From Kofleriaceae bacterium (GTDB taxonomy: Bacteria > Myxococcota_A > Polyangia > Haliangiales > Haliangiaceae): a stretch of 64,000 nt of DNA. The position numbers were made by a program, and so were the translations under genes. Shown piece after piece: positions 28,409 through 40,039 of the stretch. Location of the stretch: the NCBI GenBank assembly GCA_965215005.1, contig CBDCCZ010000004.1, positions 96,001-160,000 on the forward strand, read 5' to 3'. Each line of letters starts with the position of its first letter. The stretch's first letter is position 1. The notes below the pieces were generated by a model. The model did no database searches. It saw only the letters and a list, made by a program, of their open reading frames with translations, and was not told the origin of the DNA.

Positions 28409-29254
28409 ATGGCAATCTCGATAATCACCAACGTGGCGTCCCTGTCCGCTCAGCGGAACCTGGGACGCGCGCAGGAGATGCAGCAGTCCAGCGTAGGACG
28501 GTTGTCATCCGGTCTGCGTATCAACAAAGCGGCTGATGATGCTGCGGGTCTCGGCATCAGCGAATCGCTGCGCGCCGACATCCGCAGCATCTCGCAAGCC
28601 AAACGCAATGCCAGTGACGGCATCAGCCTCACGCAGGTGGCGGAAGGCGCGATGAATGAGGTGCAGGGCATCGTCTCGCGCATGCGAGAGCTCGCGGTGC
28701 AGTCAGCCAACGGCACGCTCGGCACCACCGAGCGCGGTTACATCCAAACCGAGTTCTCGTCGCTGCGGAGCGAAATCAACCGCATCAGCTCGGTGACCGA
28801 GTTCAACGGCACCAAGCTCATCGATGGCACCATCGCCTCGGGCAGTGGCTCGCAGTTTCAGGTAGGCATTCACAACACCAGCAACGACCGCTTGACGATG
28901 GCGATCGCTACCATCACCGCGAGCGCGCTAGGCAGCGGCACGATGATCGGCTCGCTGAGCCTGTCATCGGCGAGCGGCGCGCAGAGTGCAATCGGCGTCT
29001 TCGACGCCGCTATCAAGCAGCTGTCGACGGCGCGTGCTGGCATCGGTGCGATGCAGAACCGCCTGTCGGTGACGATGAACAACCTCTCCGTGTCGCACGA
29101 GAACCTGTCGGCGGCGGAGTCGCGCGTTCGCGATGTCGATGTCGCGGAAGAAACCAGTGCGCTCACTCGGAGCCAAATTCTCAGCCAGGCGAGTATCTCG
29201 CTGTTGTCGCAAGCCAATCAGCTTCCGGGCGCGGCTCTGTCGCTGCTTGGCTAG
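28409..29254 (+). CDS. fliC: Flagellin 3 (281 aa)
   Basis: Flagellin N- and C-terminal motifs; AGGAG RBS. Confidence 0.97.
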   Translation: MAISIITNVASLSAQRNLGRAQEMQQSSVGRLSSGLRINKAADDAAGLGISESLRADIRSISQAKRNASDGISLTQVAEGAMNEVQGIVSRMRELAVQSANGTLGTTERGYIQTEFSSLRSEINRISSVTEFNGTKLIDGTIASGSGSQFQVGIHNTSNDRLTMAIATITASALGSGTMIGSLSLSSASGAQSAIGVFDAAIKQLSTARAGIGAMQNRLSVTMNNLSVSHENLSAAESRVRDVDVAEETSALTRSQILSQASISLLSQANQLPGAALSLLG

Positions 29255-29296
29255 TCCCCAGTCGAACACACGTAAGAGCAAAGGCAGTACGAAACT

Positions 29297-30163
29297 ATGG
29301 GAATTTCAATTGTCACCAACGTCGCCTCGCTCTCGGCGCAGCGGAACTTGGGTCGTGCCCAGGAGATGCAGCAGTCGAGCGTAGGGCGGCTTTCCTCGGG
29401 GTTGCGCATCAACAGGGCCGCGGACGACGCTGCAGGGCTCGGCATCAGCGAGTCGCTACGGGCCGACATTCGCAGTCTGTCGCAGGCCAAGCGCAACGCC
29501 AGCGACGGCATCAGCATGACGCAGGTCGCAGAAGGCGCGATGAACGAGATCCAAGGTATCGTCGGCCGCATGCGCGAGCTGGCGGTGCAGTCGGCCAACG
29601 GTACGCTCGGGACTACCGAGCGCGGCTACATCCAGACCGAATTCAACGCGCTGCGCTCCGAGATCAACCGCATCACCGAGGTGACGGAGTTCAACGGTCG
29701 CAAGTTGATCAATGGCTCCACAGCCGCGGGTGTCGCCTTCCAAGTCGGCATTCAAAACACCACCAACGATCGTCTCACGCTGAGCATTGCGGCGCTGTCA
29801 GCAGGAGCGTTGGGTAGCACTGGCAGTGTCGCTACTGGCGCCGCAACCAACGTGGTGGGCTCTCAAAGCCTTTCCACCGCCAGCAAAGCGCAAAGCGCGA
29901 TCGCTGTTTTTGACTCAGCGATCAAGCAGCTCTCGACCGCTCGTGCCGGCATCGGCGCAATGCAGAACCGGCTCAGCGTCACCCTCAACAACCTATCGGT
30001 GTCGCACGAGAACCTCACGGCCGCGGAGTCGCGCATCCGCGATGTCGACGTCGCCGAAGAAACCAGTGCGCTCACGAGAAGTCAGATCCTCAGTCAGGCG
30101 AGCATCTCGCTCTTGTCGCAGGCAAATCAGTTGCCCGGCTCAGCGCTGGCCCTCCTCGGCTAA
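29297..30163 (+). CDS. fliC: Flagellin 4 (288 aa)
   Basis: Flagellin N- and C-terminal motifs; 42 bp after flagellin 3. Confidence 0.97.
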   Translation: MGISIVTNVASLSAQRNLGRAQEMQQSSVGRLSSGLRINRAADDAAGLGISESLRADIRSLSQAKRNASDGISMTQVAEGAMNEIQGIVGRMRELAVQSANGTLGTTERGYIQTEFNALRSEINRITEVTEFNGRKLINGSTAAGVAFQVGIQNTTNDRLTLSIAALSAGALGSTGSVATGAATNVVGSQSLSTASKAQSAIAVFDSAIKQLSTARAGIGAMQNRLSVTLNNLSVSHENLTAAESRIRDVDVAEETSALTRSQILSQASISLLSQANQLPGSALALLG

Positions 30164-30290
30164 TCGCTCTGGCTCTCCGCTCGCCCCTTCGCCAGAGCCT
30201 CACGCGTGGGGGCCGCTGCTCGCGGCTCCCACGTTGCCCTTGCCGTTTTGGGTCCATTCGTCATCCGCTCGCCCACGTCCAACCCGCACT

Positions 30291-30317
30291 TCAGAGATCG
30301 CGGCGGTCGACCGATAC
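30291..30317 (+). promoter_or_regulatory. Putative sigma28 promoter for fliD-fliS-fliT
   Basis: TCAG-N15-ACCGATAC. Confidence 0.6.
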
Positions 30318-30429
30318 ACCAAGCACTACCCGTGTCCATTTCCGCGGCTGCCATCCGTTAGCACTCAACCTCACGTCTATGCGGACGAATCAGCAGCAGA
30401 CGTCATCGTGACACGTTAGGAAGTTTTCA

Positions 30430-31761
30430 ATGCCAGGCATCTCCTTCTCCGGCCTCGCCAGCGGCCTCGACACCGGCTCCATCGTCGATCAGCTCGTCGC
30501 CCTCGAGCGTGCGCCGATTCGCCAGCTCGAGACGCGCAAGCGGCAGACCAGCACGCAAATCTCCACCGTTAGCGACCTGGTTTCCAAGCTTACGGCGCTC
30601 AAGGAGAAGGGCGATGCGCTGAAGGAACCAAGCGACATTCGCGCCTTCAAAGCCACCTCCACCGACGAGGCGGCGGTGAAGGTGGCAAGCTCGGGCTCCG
30701 CACAGCCGGGCGTCTACAACGTGCGCGTGCAGCAGCTCGCACGCGGCGAGACGACCGTGTCCGACGCATTCGCCTCTGACTCGGCGGGTATCGCTGGCAG
30801 CGGCAGTTTCACTCTCACCATGGGCAATGGTGAGGAGGTGAGTATCGATTACGACTCCAGCCACTCGCTGAGTGGGATTGCTACGTTGATTAACGACAGC
30901 GGCGCTCCGGTGGCGGCATCGGTGCTGTTCGATGGCTCGCAATACCAGCTCATGGTGAGCTCGACAGCCACCGGCTCGGACGCGGCCATCAGCTTTGGAG
31001 CCAGCTCCCTTGGTCTCGAGAAGGCTGCCAACGAGAAGGTGGCGGCGCAAAACGCCGTCATCGAGCTCAACGGCATCACCGTGAGTCGCGCGAGCAACAC
31101 CATGTCGGATGTGCTTGCCGGCGTCACACTCACGGTCGCCAAACAAACCGCGGCGACCGACCCACCGGCGGTGGTAACGGTCGCATCTGATGCCGGCGCC
31201 GTGAAGGACAAGCTCCAGAGCTTTGTCGATGCTTACAACGGCGTCGTCGACCTTCTCAATCGCGAGCTCTCGTACACCGGCACCGCGAAAGGTCAAGAGT
31301 CGCTGTTTAGTGACAGCACGTTGCAGGGACTGCAGCGGACTCTGCGCAGCCAGTTCACCGAGCAGATGTCCCACAATGGCGGCTCGATTCGCCTCGGCGA
31401 TATCGGCTTCAAGCTCGACAACGTCGGTCGCATGTCGCTCGACGCAACGAAGCTCGAGGAGGTCCTTGCAAACGACTCCGAAGCTATCGAGAACGCGTTC
31501 TCGGGTGAAAATAGCGACGGCATCACTTACAAGTTCGCCGGACTGGTCGACTCATACACACGCGCGGGTGATGGATTCCTCAGTACCAAAAAGAAGAGCC
31601 TCGAGGGTCGGATCAAAGGGTTCGATAGCCAGATCGAGCGCGTGGAGGTTCGCGCCGGCGACCTTCAAGAGCGCCTCTCGCGGCAATTTTCTGCCCTCGA
31701 GTCGATGATGATCGAGCTTCAGAACCAGGGGAACTACCTCGCATCCATGTTTGCCCGCTGA
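30430..31761 (+). CDS. fliD: Filament cap protein FliD
   Basis: ISFSGLASGLDT..IV.QL...ER.P, V.QLA, A.NA...LNG.T..R.SN, FVDAYN, L.RQF..LE. Confidence 0.96.
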   Translation: MPGISFSGLASGLDTGSIVDQLVALERAPIRQLETRKRQTSTQISTVSDLVSKLTALKEKGDALKEPSDIRAFKATSTDEAAVKVASSGSAQPGVYNVRVQQLARGETTVSDAFASDSAGIAGSGSFTLTMGNGEEVSIDYDSSHSLSGIATLINDSGAPVAASVLFDGSQYQLMVSSTATGSDAAISFGASSLGLEKAANEKVAAQNAVIELNGITVSRASNTMSDVLAGVTLTVAKQTAATDPPAVVTVASDAGAVKDKLQSFVDAYNGVVDLLNRELSYTGTAKGQESLFSDSTLQGLQRTLRSQFTEQMSHNGGSIRLGDIGFKLDNVGRMSLDATKLEEVLANDSEAIENAFSGENSDGITYKFAGLVDSYTRAGDGFLSTKKKSLEGRIKGFDSQIERVEVRAGDLQERLSRQFSALESMMIELQNQGNYLASMFAR

Positions 31762-31772
31762 GGAGATGAGAT

Positions 31773-32147
31773 ATGTACGCAAGAGCTGCAAGAGCCTACA
31801 AGCAAGTCGATCTCGAGTCGGCGCCCAAACCGCAAATCCTCGATCGGCTCTACACTCGCCTACTGCGTGATTTGGACGAAGGGAGCGCCGCCATCGCTGC
31901 GCGTGACGTCAAGGCGCGCGCCGCAGCGTTCGACCACGCGCTGCGTATCGTTACCGAGCTCAAGGCCGCGCTCGACCATGACATTGCCCCCGAGCTGTGC
32001 GGCAACCTCAGCGCGCTGTACTCCTACGTCGAGGACCAGGTCGGTGCTGCGGCGGTGCAGATGAGTCAGGAGCCGGTGGAGCTGGCGGTGGCGGTCATCG
32101 TCAATCTGCAAAGCGCGTTTCGCGAGGCGGCCTCTCAGAATCAATGA
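31773..32147 (+). CDS. fliS: Flagellin chaperone FliS
   Basis: AY....LESA, LY, I..EL..ALD, NL..LY.Y. Confidence 0.92.
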   Translation: MYARAARAYKQVDLESAPKPQILDRLYTRLLRDLDEGSAAIAARDVKARAAAFDHALRIVTELKAALDHDIAPELCGNLSALYSYVEDQVGAAAVQMSQEPVELAVAVIVNLQSAFREAASQNQ

Positions 32148-32482
32148 GTGAAGCGGCGCTTCATGAGGCGCGGCGCTTGCTTGCCGCGACCCTCGAGCAA
32201 ACCCCAGAGCCCGCCGAAGGCGCTGATCCCGAGGTCGTCGTCGAGCGTGGCCAGGCGATGCTCAGCGCACGCCGGCCGCTATTCGCCGCGCTCGAGCAGG
32301 TCGTCGAGGTCATCGGACGCGCCGCTATCGCTGCCGACGAAGCTTGCAACGTGCTGCTCGTCCAGCTCGATGAACGCCAGGAGCGCTGGAACGCGGCTAT
32401 GCGGCAAGCTCGCCACGTCGCCGGTGAGCGCCTGCGCGGAGCCTCATCGCTTCGTCGCCGCGGCGGCAGCTACGGCGGCTGA
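32144..32482 (+). CDS. Small helical protein, FliT-like by position
   Basis: ATG overlaps fliS stop (ATGA); ~112 aa, helical. Confidence 0.55.
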   Translation: MSEAALHEARRLLAATLEQTPEPAEGADPEVVVERGQAMLSARRPLFAALEQVVEVIGRAAIAADEACNVLLVQLDERQERWNAAMRQARHVAGERLRGASSLRRRGGSYGG

Positions 32483-32621
32483 GCCACCCCGCAGGTCGCC
32501 GAATCCTCCTCGCGCGCCCCGGGCTGGCCAAACGCTTCTCCGCCGTTGGCAAGGCGTCGCAGGCTCATAGCAGAACTAGCGCGCTCCTGCGGCGCTCGGA
32601 GCCTGCGAGAAGACATCGAGA

Positions 32622-33194
32622 CTACGGCAGACGCCGACGCATTAGCAGGGCAGTGTGGGGCTCGTAGCCAAGACTTTCGTAGAAACCGATGACCTCTTGG
32701 CGGCTATCTAAGAACACCGCGACCAGGCCCCGAGCACCGGCGTCGCGCTCGCAAAACTGCAGCAGCGCGACGCCCACGCCTTGGCCGCGGCAGCGCGCAT
32801 CGACGACCAGATCATCGACATGCAGGTGGGGACCACGCGCGAGCGTGTGCACCGGCCGGATGCCCGCAACGGCGACTAGTACGCCGTCGCGGGATTGATG
32901 ACGCAGAAATCCGCCACCCCGATGCGGGGCAAGGGCGGCATATTTCTGCTGCTCAGGCGCCCCCTTCGACGTCTCCCCAAGCGATTGTTGTGTTTCTAGC
33001 GGTTCACGACTTCCGCCGTGAACCACTAGCGAGCCGTTGCGAAACGCGCCGATGAGCTCATAGCCGCTCGCGCGCTGCATTTCGATTCGACGGACGAGCT
33101 CGGCTTCGTCGAGGTGCGAGCGTAGCTGCAAGAGAATGGGGGCGGCAGCGCGCACCTCATCGGCGCCGAGTCGGCGAATCTCGAGCTCGTTCAT
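32622..33194 (-). CDS. GNAT-family N-acetyltransferase with a 50-aa in-frame insertion
   Basis: Motif A HVDDLVVD..CRGQGVG..LL and motif B FYESLGY; 140 aa once the insertion is removed. Confidence 0.88.
   Translation of the reverse strand: MNELEIRRLGADEVRAAAPILLQLRSHLDEAELVRRIEMQRASGYELIGAFRNGSLVVHGGSREPLETQQSLGETSKGAPEQQKYAALAPHRGGGFLRHQSRDGVLVAVAGIRPVHTLARGPHLHVDDLVVDARCRGQGVGVALLQFCERDAGARGLVAVFLDSRQEVIGFYESLGYEPHTALLMRRRLP
32875..33029. mobile_element. ~150-bp palindromic non-autonomous element (MITE/RPE-like) inserted in frame in the GNAT gene
   Basis: ACTAG direct repeats at 32875-32879 and 33025-33029, 150 bp apart; homologous copies at 54768-55014; internal hairpins. Confidence 0.8.
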
Positions 33195-33446
33195 GGAAAT
33201 CCTCTGCTAGGAGCGGCAAGCACCTCCGCAATGGCGATGAGAAGCGAAGGCTTGGCCCGCCTCGAGCCGGCCACTTTCGCATGCTCAAGCGCGCCGCGGA
33301 TAGGCATCGCGAGCCACTGCGCTCATGCCGGCCGTGGCGACGCGTCCACTGCGTCGCGTGTCGGCGCCGAAACGAGCGAAAGCGCCGGACCATTCCGGCG
33401 CCCTCTCGGGTGCAGCGCAAATGTCGGTTGGAGACAACCGCAGGAT

Positions 33447-33947
33447 CTATTGAACGACAAACTCGGCGAAGTAGACGCGCTTGACCTTCTCGCCTTGCAG
33501 CACTTCATTTAGTCGAGCGACGATGTCGCCTTGTATCTTGAGCTTGGCTTGCTCGCCCATGGTATCGACGACCGTTAAGTCGGAGAAGTAGCGCAGGAGA
33601 TTGTCACGCACCTCTCGGCTATCTTGGGTGAGCTCGGCTAGCGCGGCATCGTCGGAGAGCTGAACTTCGACGGTCGCCTTGAGAAACCGGCCGCCGCTGG
33701 CCTCGTTGAGGTTGACGATGTACGGATCCATGGTGTGAACCGGCCCCGGAACCTCCACTGCCGCCTTGTCTTCGGCTGCGGCGGCGGTCTCGGCTGCAGG
33801 TGCCGGTGGCGGCGCTGTCATCACCTTCGCCGCGACCGCGCCGCTCGCGCCCAGGTTGAGCACGAGCAGCAGCAAGAGCAGCTTCGGCGTCTTGATCTTC
33901 ACCGCCGGTGGTTCGGGCGACTCGACTTTTTCATTCTCGTCTGCCAT
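33447..33947 (-). CDS. fliL: Flagellar basal-body protein FliL
   Basis: Single N-terminal TM, then MDPYIVNL...RFLK..V, RD.LL, V.RVYF.EFVVQ. Confidence 0.93.
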   Translation of the reverse strand: MADENEKVESPEPPAVKIKTPKLLLLLLVLNLGASGAVAAKVMTAPPPAPAAETAAAAEDKAAVEVPGPVHTMDPYIVNLNEASGGRFLKATVEVQLSDDAALAELTQDSREVRDNLLRYFSDLTVVDTMGEQAKLKIQGDIVARLNEVLQGEKVKRVYFAEFVVQ

Positions 33948-33966
33948 GGCGTCGCTGCTTCCTAGG

Positions 33967-33982
33967 AGCAAACGCCTTGCCA
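33967..33982 (-). promoter_or_regulatory. Putative sigma54 promoter for fliL
   Basis: TGGCAAGGCGTTTGCT on the minus strand (GG-N10-GC). Confidence 0.55.
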
Positions 33983-34122
33983 GGAAGCATCACGTTTCTT
34001 ATCCGCAGGTTACGCCGCGATTGCCCGTCTGGCACGTTGCCCAGATTGACGCCCAGTGCGCGCTGCGCCGGATTTTTGACGAGACGGCGCGCTCGGTCGG
34101 GTGCCGCGTTGACTGGTTGCCG

Positions 34123-37207
<3,085 letters not shown>

Positions 37208-37372
37208 GAGCGAGCGACTCCAATGGAAGGAGACGAGAGATTTGACTGCCACTTCTAGCACAGCCGCTCGGGCCATGCTCGCCGCGAGGTATTCCGGTCC
37301 CGCGCGCGCTATCGGGCAATTTCGTGAACGGTTACGGCGTGATGAGCTCGGCGGAAGGGCAGTGTCGCAGCG

Positions 37373-37819
37373 CTACGAGCGACGCCAGCTGCGGAGAAAG
37401 TCGATGAGGTCGCTGCGCAGGTTGAAGTGCACCTCGCAGCGCCCGATCGTCCGGCCGCTCCGCGCCTCGCAGACCTCGCCTGGAAGTCGCGTCAAGCTGC
37501 GCACGGGATCGCTGAGCTGCAAGTCTTTTTGTCCGTTTATCCGGTACGGCTGGCCATCATCGCCGGTGAACGCTAGCTCGTAGCGAATGAAGCGGCCGCG
37601 CACGGGGCGCAGGGTCAATACACCCTCTACGGGAACCCGCTTGGCCAGCTCCTCGGCGTGGAGGGTGCCGGCGAGGCGCGCTTTGCCATCCCGTAGATGA
37701 CGCCACAAGGAATCTGCGTGCGCCTCGACTGAGAACTCCAGCGCCCGAGGCAGCTCGGGCGCGTCGAATCGCGTCCAGGTGCCGCTCATCGTTTCAGCGA
37801 AACGGAACCCGCGTTTCAT
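37373..37819 (-). CDS. Hypothetical protein (148 aa)
   Basis: Plausible globular ORF (GFRFAETMSG...FL.SW), co-oriented with secA. Confidence 0.7.
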   Translation of the reverse strand: MKRGFRFAETMSGTWTRFDAPELPRALEFSVEAHADSLWRHLRDGKARLAGTLHAEELAKRVPVEGVLTLRPVRGRFIRYELAFTGDDGQPYRINGQKDLQLSDPVRSLTRLPGEVCEARSGRTIGRCEVHFNLRSDLIDFLRSWRRS

Positions 37820-37836
37820 TCCTGCGACCTTAGCCG

Positions 37837-37881
37837 AAAATACGAGCGGCGGAACCGGTGCTCTTCCGGTCCCGCCGCTCG
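37837..37881 (-). terminator. Intrinsic terminator after the Cys-rich lipoprotein gene
   Basis: cgagcggcgg...ccgccgctcg GC stem followed by TATTTT on the minus strand. Confidence 0.6.
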
Positions 37882-37899
37882 CGGATACTCTACGAAGCC

Positions 37900-38682
37900 T
37901 TAGCGGCGCGCTTGTAACGTGGCCGCAGGGTCCTCGTTGTCGACGCAGCCCTGATAGGCAAAGCTCTCGCAGGTGCAGTTGGACTCTTCGATGGTGCAGC
38001 TCGAGCCATCCGGCGACTCACAGTTGATGCCGCGGTAGACTGCGGAGCACGCGTCGGCGGCCAAGCACTCAGCCTCGCTGCCCAGCTCTTCGCACGTCGG
38101 TGTGCATACGCCACCTTCGCAAGGCACGCAGGTGTTGCGCTCGTCGCACTCGGAACCTTCCGGGCACTCCCCTTGCGGGTCGCACGTGCCAGTCTCGGTG
38201 CACTCGCCGGTCGAGGTATCGCAGTAGCAACCCTCCATGCACTCTTCGCTGCTCTCACACGGCAGCGGTACGCAGGTGTTGCGCTCATCGCAGGTGTAGC
38301 CAGCTCCGCACTCGTCGTCGCCCTGGCAAACGACCGAGTCCATACAGGTGCCGCTTTGCTCGTCGCAATAATCGCCGACCATGCAGTCACTGTCGGTGGA
38401 GCAACCGGTGCTCGATCCTTCGGGCACGCAGGTGCCGCGGTCATCGCACTCGAACCCGATCGCGCAGTCCCAGTCGACCGAGCAGAAGCCAGACTCTTCG
38501 CAGGTGCCTTCGGCGCCGCAGTAGCAGCCTTCGAAGCATTGATTGTTGGTTTGGCAATCGCCGCCGAATGGGTCGGCGATGCTACCTCCGGAGTCGGCGC
38601 GATCTTCAAAGTAGAGATGGCAGCCTCCAAGGGAGACTGACAGCAGCATCACGATGGCAGCAAAGAGCGTGTGTCGGGTCAT
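37900..38682 (-). CDS. Cysteine-rich repeat lipoprotein
   Basis: Signal peptide with lipobox LGGC; repeated C..D.DC..G.YCD...GTC units. Confidence 0.85.
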   Translation of the reverse strand: MTRHTLFAAIVMLLSVSLGGCHLYFEDRADSGGSIADPFGGDCQTNNQCFEGCYCGAEGTCEESGFCSVDWDCAIGFECDDRGTCVPEGSSTGCSTDSDCMVGDYCDEQSGTCMDSVVCQGDDECGAGYTCDERNTCVPLPCESSEECMEGCYCDTSTGECTETGTCDPQGECPEGSECDERNTCVPCEGGVCTPTCEELGSEAECLAADACSAVYRGINCESPDGSSCTIEESNCTCESFAYQGCVDNEDPAATLQARR

Positions 38683-38740
38683 GTCGAGCGATCCTCCGGG
38701 TAATCCTGTGTGCGCGGTCGGCTAGTTGGAACAGGCGTAA

Positions 38741-38756
38741 AGCACGGGGCGTGCCA
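38741..38756 (-). promoter_or_regulatory. Putative sigma54 promoter for the Cys-rich lipoprotein
   Basis: TGGCACGCCCCGTGCT on the minus strand (GG-N10-GC); GGAGG RBS downstream. Confidence 0.65.
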
Positions 38757-39085
38757 CGATGGCGAGCTTCTGAGAGCTCCTAAGAACAACGTGACGCGGG
38801 CGAGGGCTCGTTGCCGCGAAAGCGTCGTCGGGCTGACATGCGGGTCCGGAAATGCTGGCTGCGCGAAATCGGTCCGCGCCGCGTCCTCCCTCTCCAGCTC
38901 GGCCACGGCCGGACTGTACCACCAGGATCCGAGCTGCGAAGCGAAATCGTTAACCGGGGTTCACGTGGCGCTGTCGCCGGCGATTCACACCCGAGTGAGA
39001 CAGGCTGTCACGTGAACGACGGAAGGCATGACATTCTCGCGTCTTCGTCTACTCCGGAGCGGTCGACGATCGGCGCGGGAGACTC

Positions 39086-40039
39086 CTACATCGTGGAGTG
39101 GCTATCGACGGAGCGAATCGTGTCTCGCAAGGTGTGACGCGGCCGATATCCCAGCTCGCGCGCTGCCCGGCTGCCGTCGACCATGCAGACGTAGCGAATG
39201 AAATCGAACTGGGCGACGGGAAAGGTGCTAAGGCCGAGACGAAACGCCAGCGCCCACAGCGGCTTGGCGATCGGATGCGGCACCGGAATCGACTGCCGGC
39301 CAAGCTCACGCAGCGCCACCGAAAGCGGAATCTCGCCGGGGCCGGTGATGTTGAAGATGCCGCGGGTTCCGGGCTCGAGAGCGCACAGCACGGCCTCCGC
39401 GACGTCTTCTTCGTGGACGACCTGCATCATCGGATCGAACCCGAGCAGCACCGGAGCGGCTTTGAGGCGCAGATAGTTCGACGGAGCGTTCTTGACGCCG
39501 CCGAGGATGTGCACCGGGCGCAAGATGACAGTCTCGGTTTGACTCGCACGCCAAAAGAAGGACGAAGCCATGTGGTCGATCTCGACCAGGTCGCGCATCC
39601 GCGGAAACTCCTGCGCGGCCATCAGCGGTGCTTCTTCGGTGAGAAATTGGGTGTTCTCCGGCCGCGGTCCATAGACGTTGGCGGACGACAGCACGACGAC
39701 CTTGGGCACCCGATATGTGATGCAAGAGTCGAGGAGCTTGGCCGTGCCGCCGACATTCCAGCTGTAGAGCTCGTGGCTCGACGCGCGTGGTCCGTGCAGG
39801 AGCCCCATATGAATCAGCCCATCGATGCGGCCGTTGCGAAACACCTCACGAGCCTTCTTTGAGCGCAGGTCGACTTGATGGTGTTCGATATCTTTCGGTC
39901 GGTCTGGAAACGGCCGGCGATCGACGCCAATGACCCGATAGCGGCTCTGCCGGTGCAGGCGACGCGCGACGATCCGACCCAACCGGCCCGAGATGCCGGT
40001 GATGACGATGTTCTTCTGCTCGCCGTTACCAGAAGACAT
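39086..40039 (-). CDS. NAD-dependent epimerase/dehydratase (extended SDR)
   Basis: IVITGISGRLG Rossmann motif, NV.GT, SSANVYG, VHEEDVA, GIFNI.G. Confidence 0.9.
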   Translation of the reverse strand: MSSGNGEQKNIVITGISGRLGRIVARRLHRQSRYRVIGVDRRPFPDRPKDIEHHQVDLRSKKAREVFRNGRIDGLIHMGLLHGPRASSHELYSWNVGGTAKLLDSCITYRVPKVVVLSSANVYGPRPENTQFLTEEAPLMAAQEFPRMRDLVEIDHMASSFFWRASQTETVILRPVHILGGVKNAPSNYLRLKAAPVLLGFDPMMQVVHEEDVAEAVLCALEPGTRGIFNITGPGEIPLSVALRELGRQSIPVPHPIAKPLWALAFRLGLSTFPVAQFDFIRYVCMVDGSRAARELGYRPRHTLRDTIRSVDSHSTM

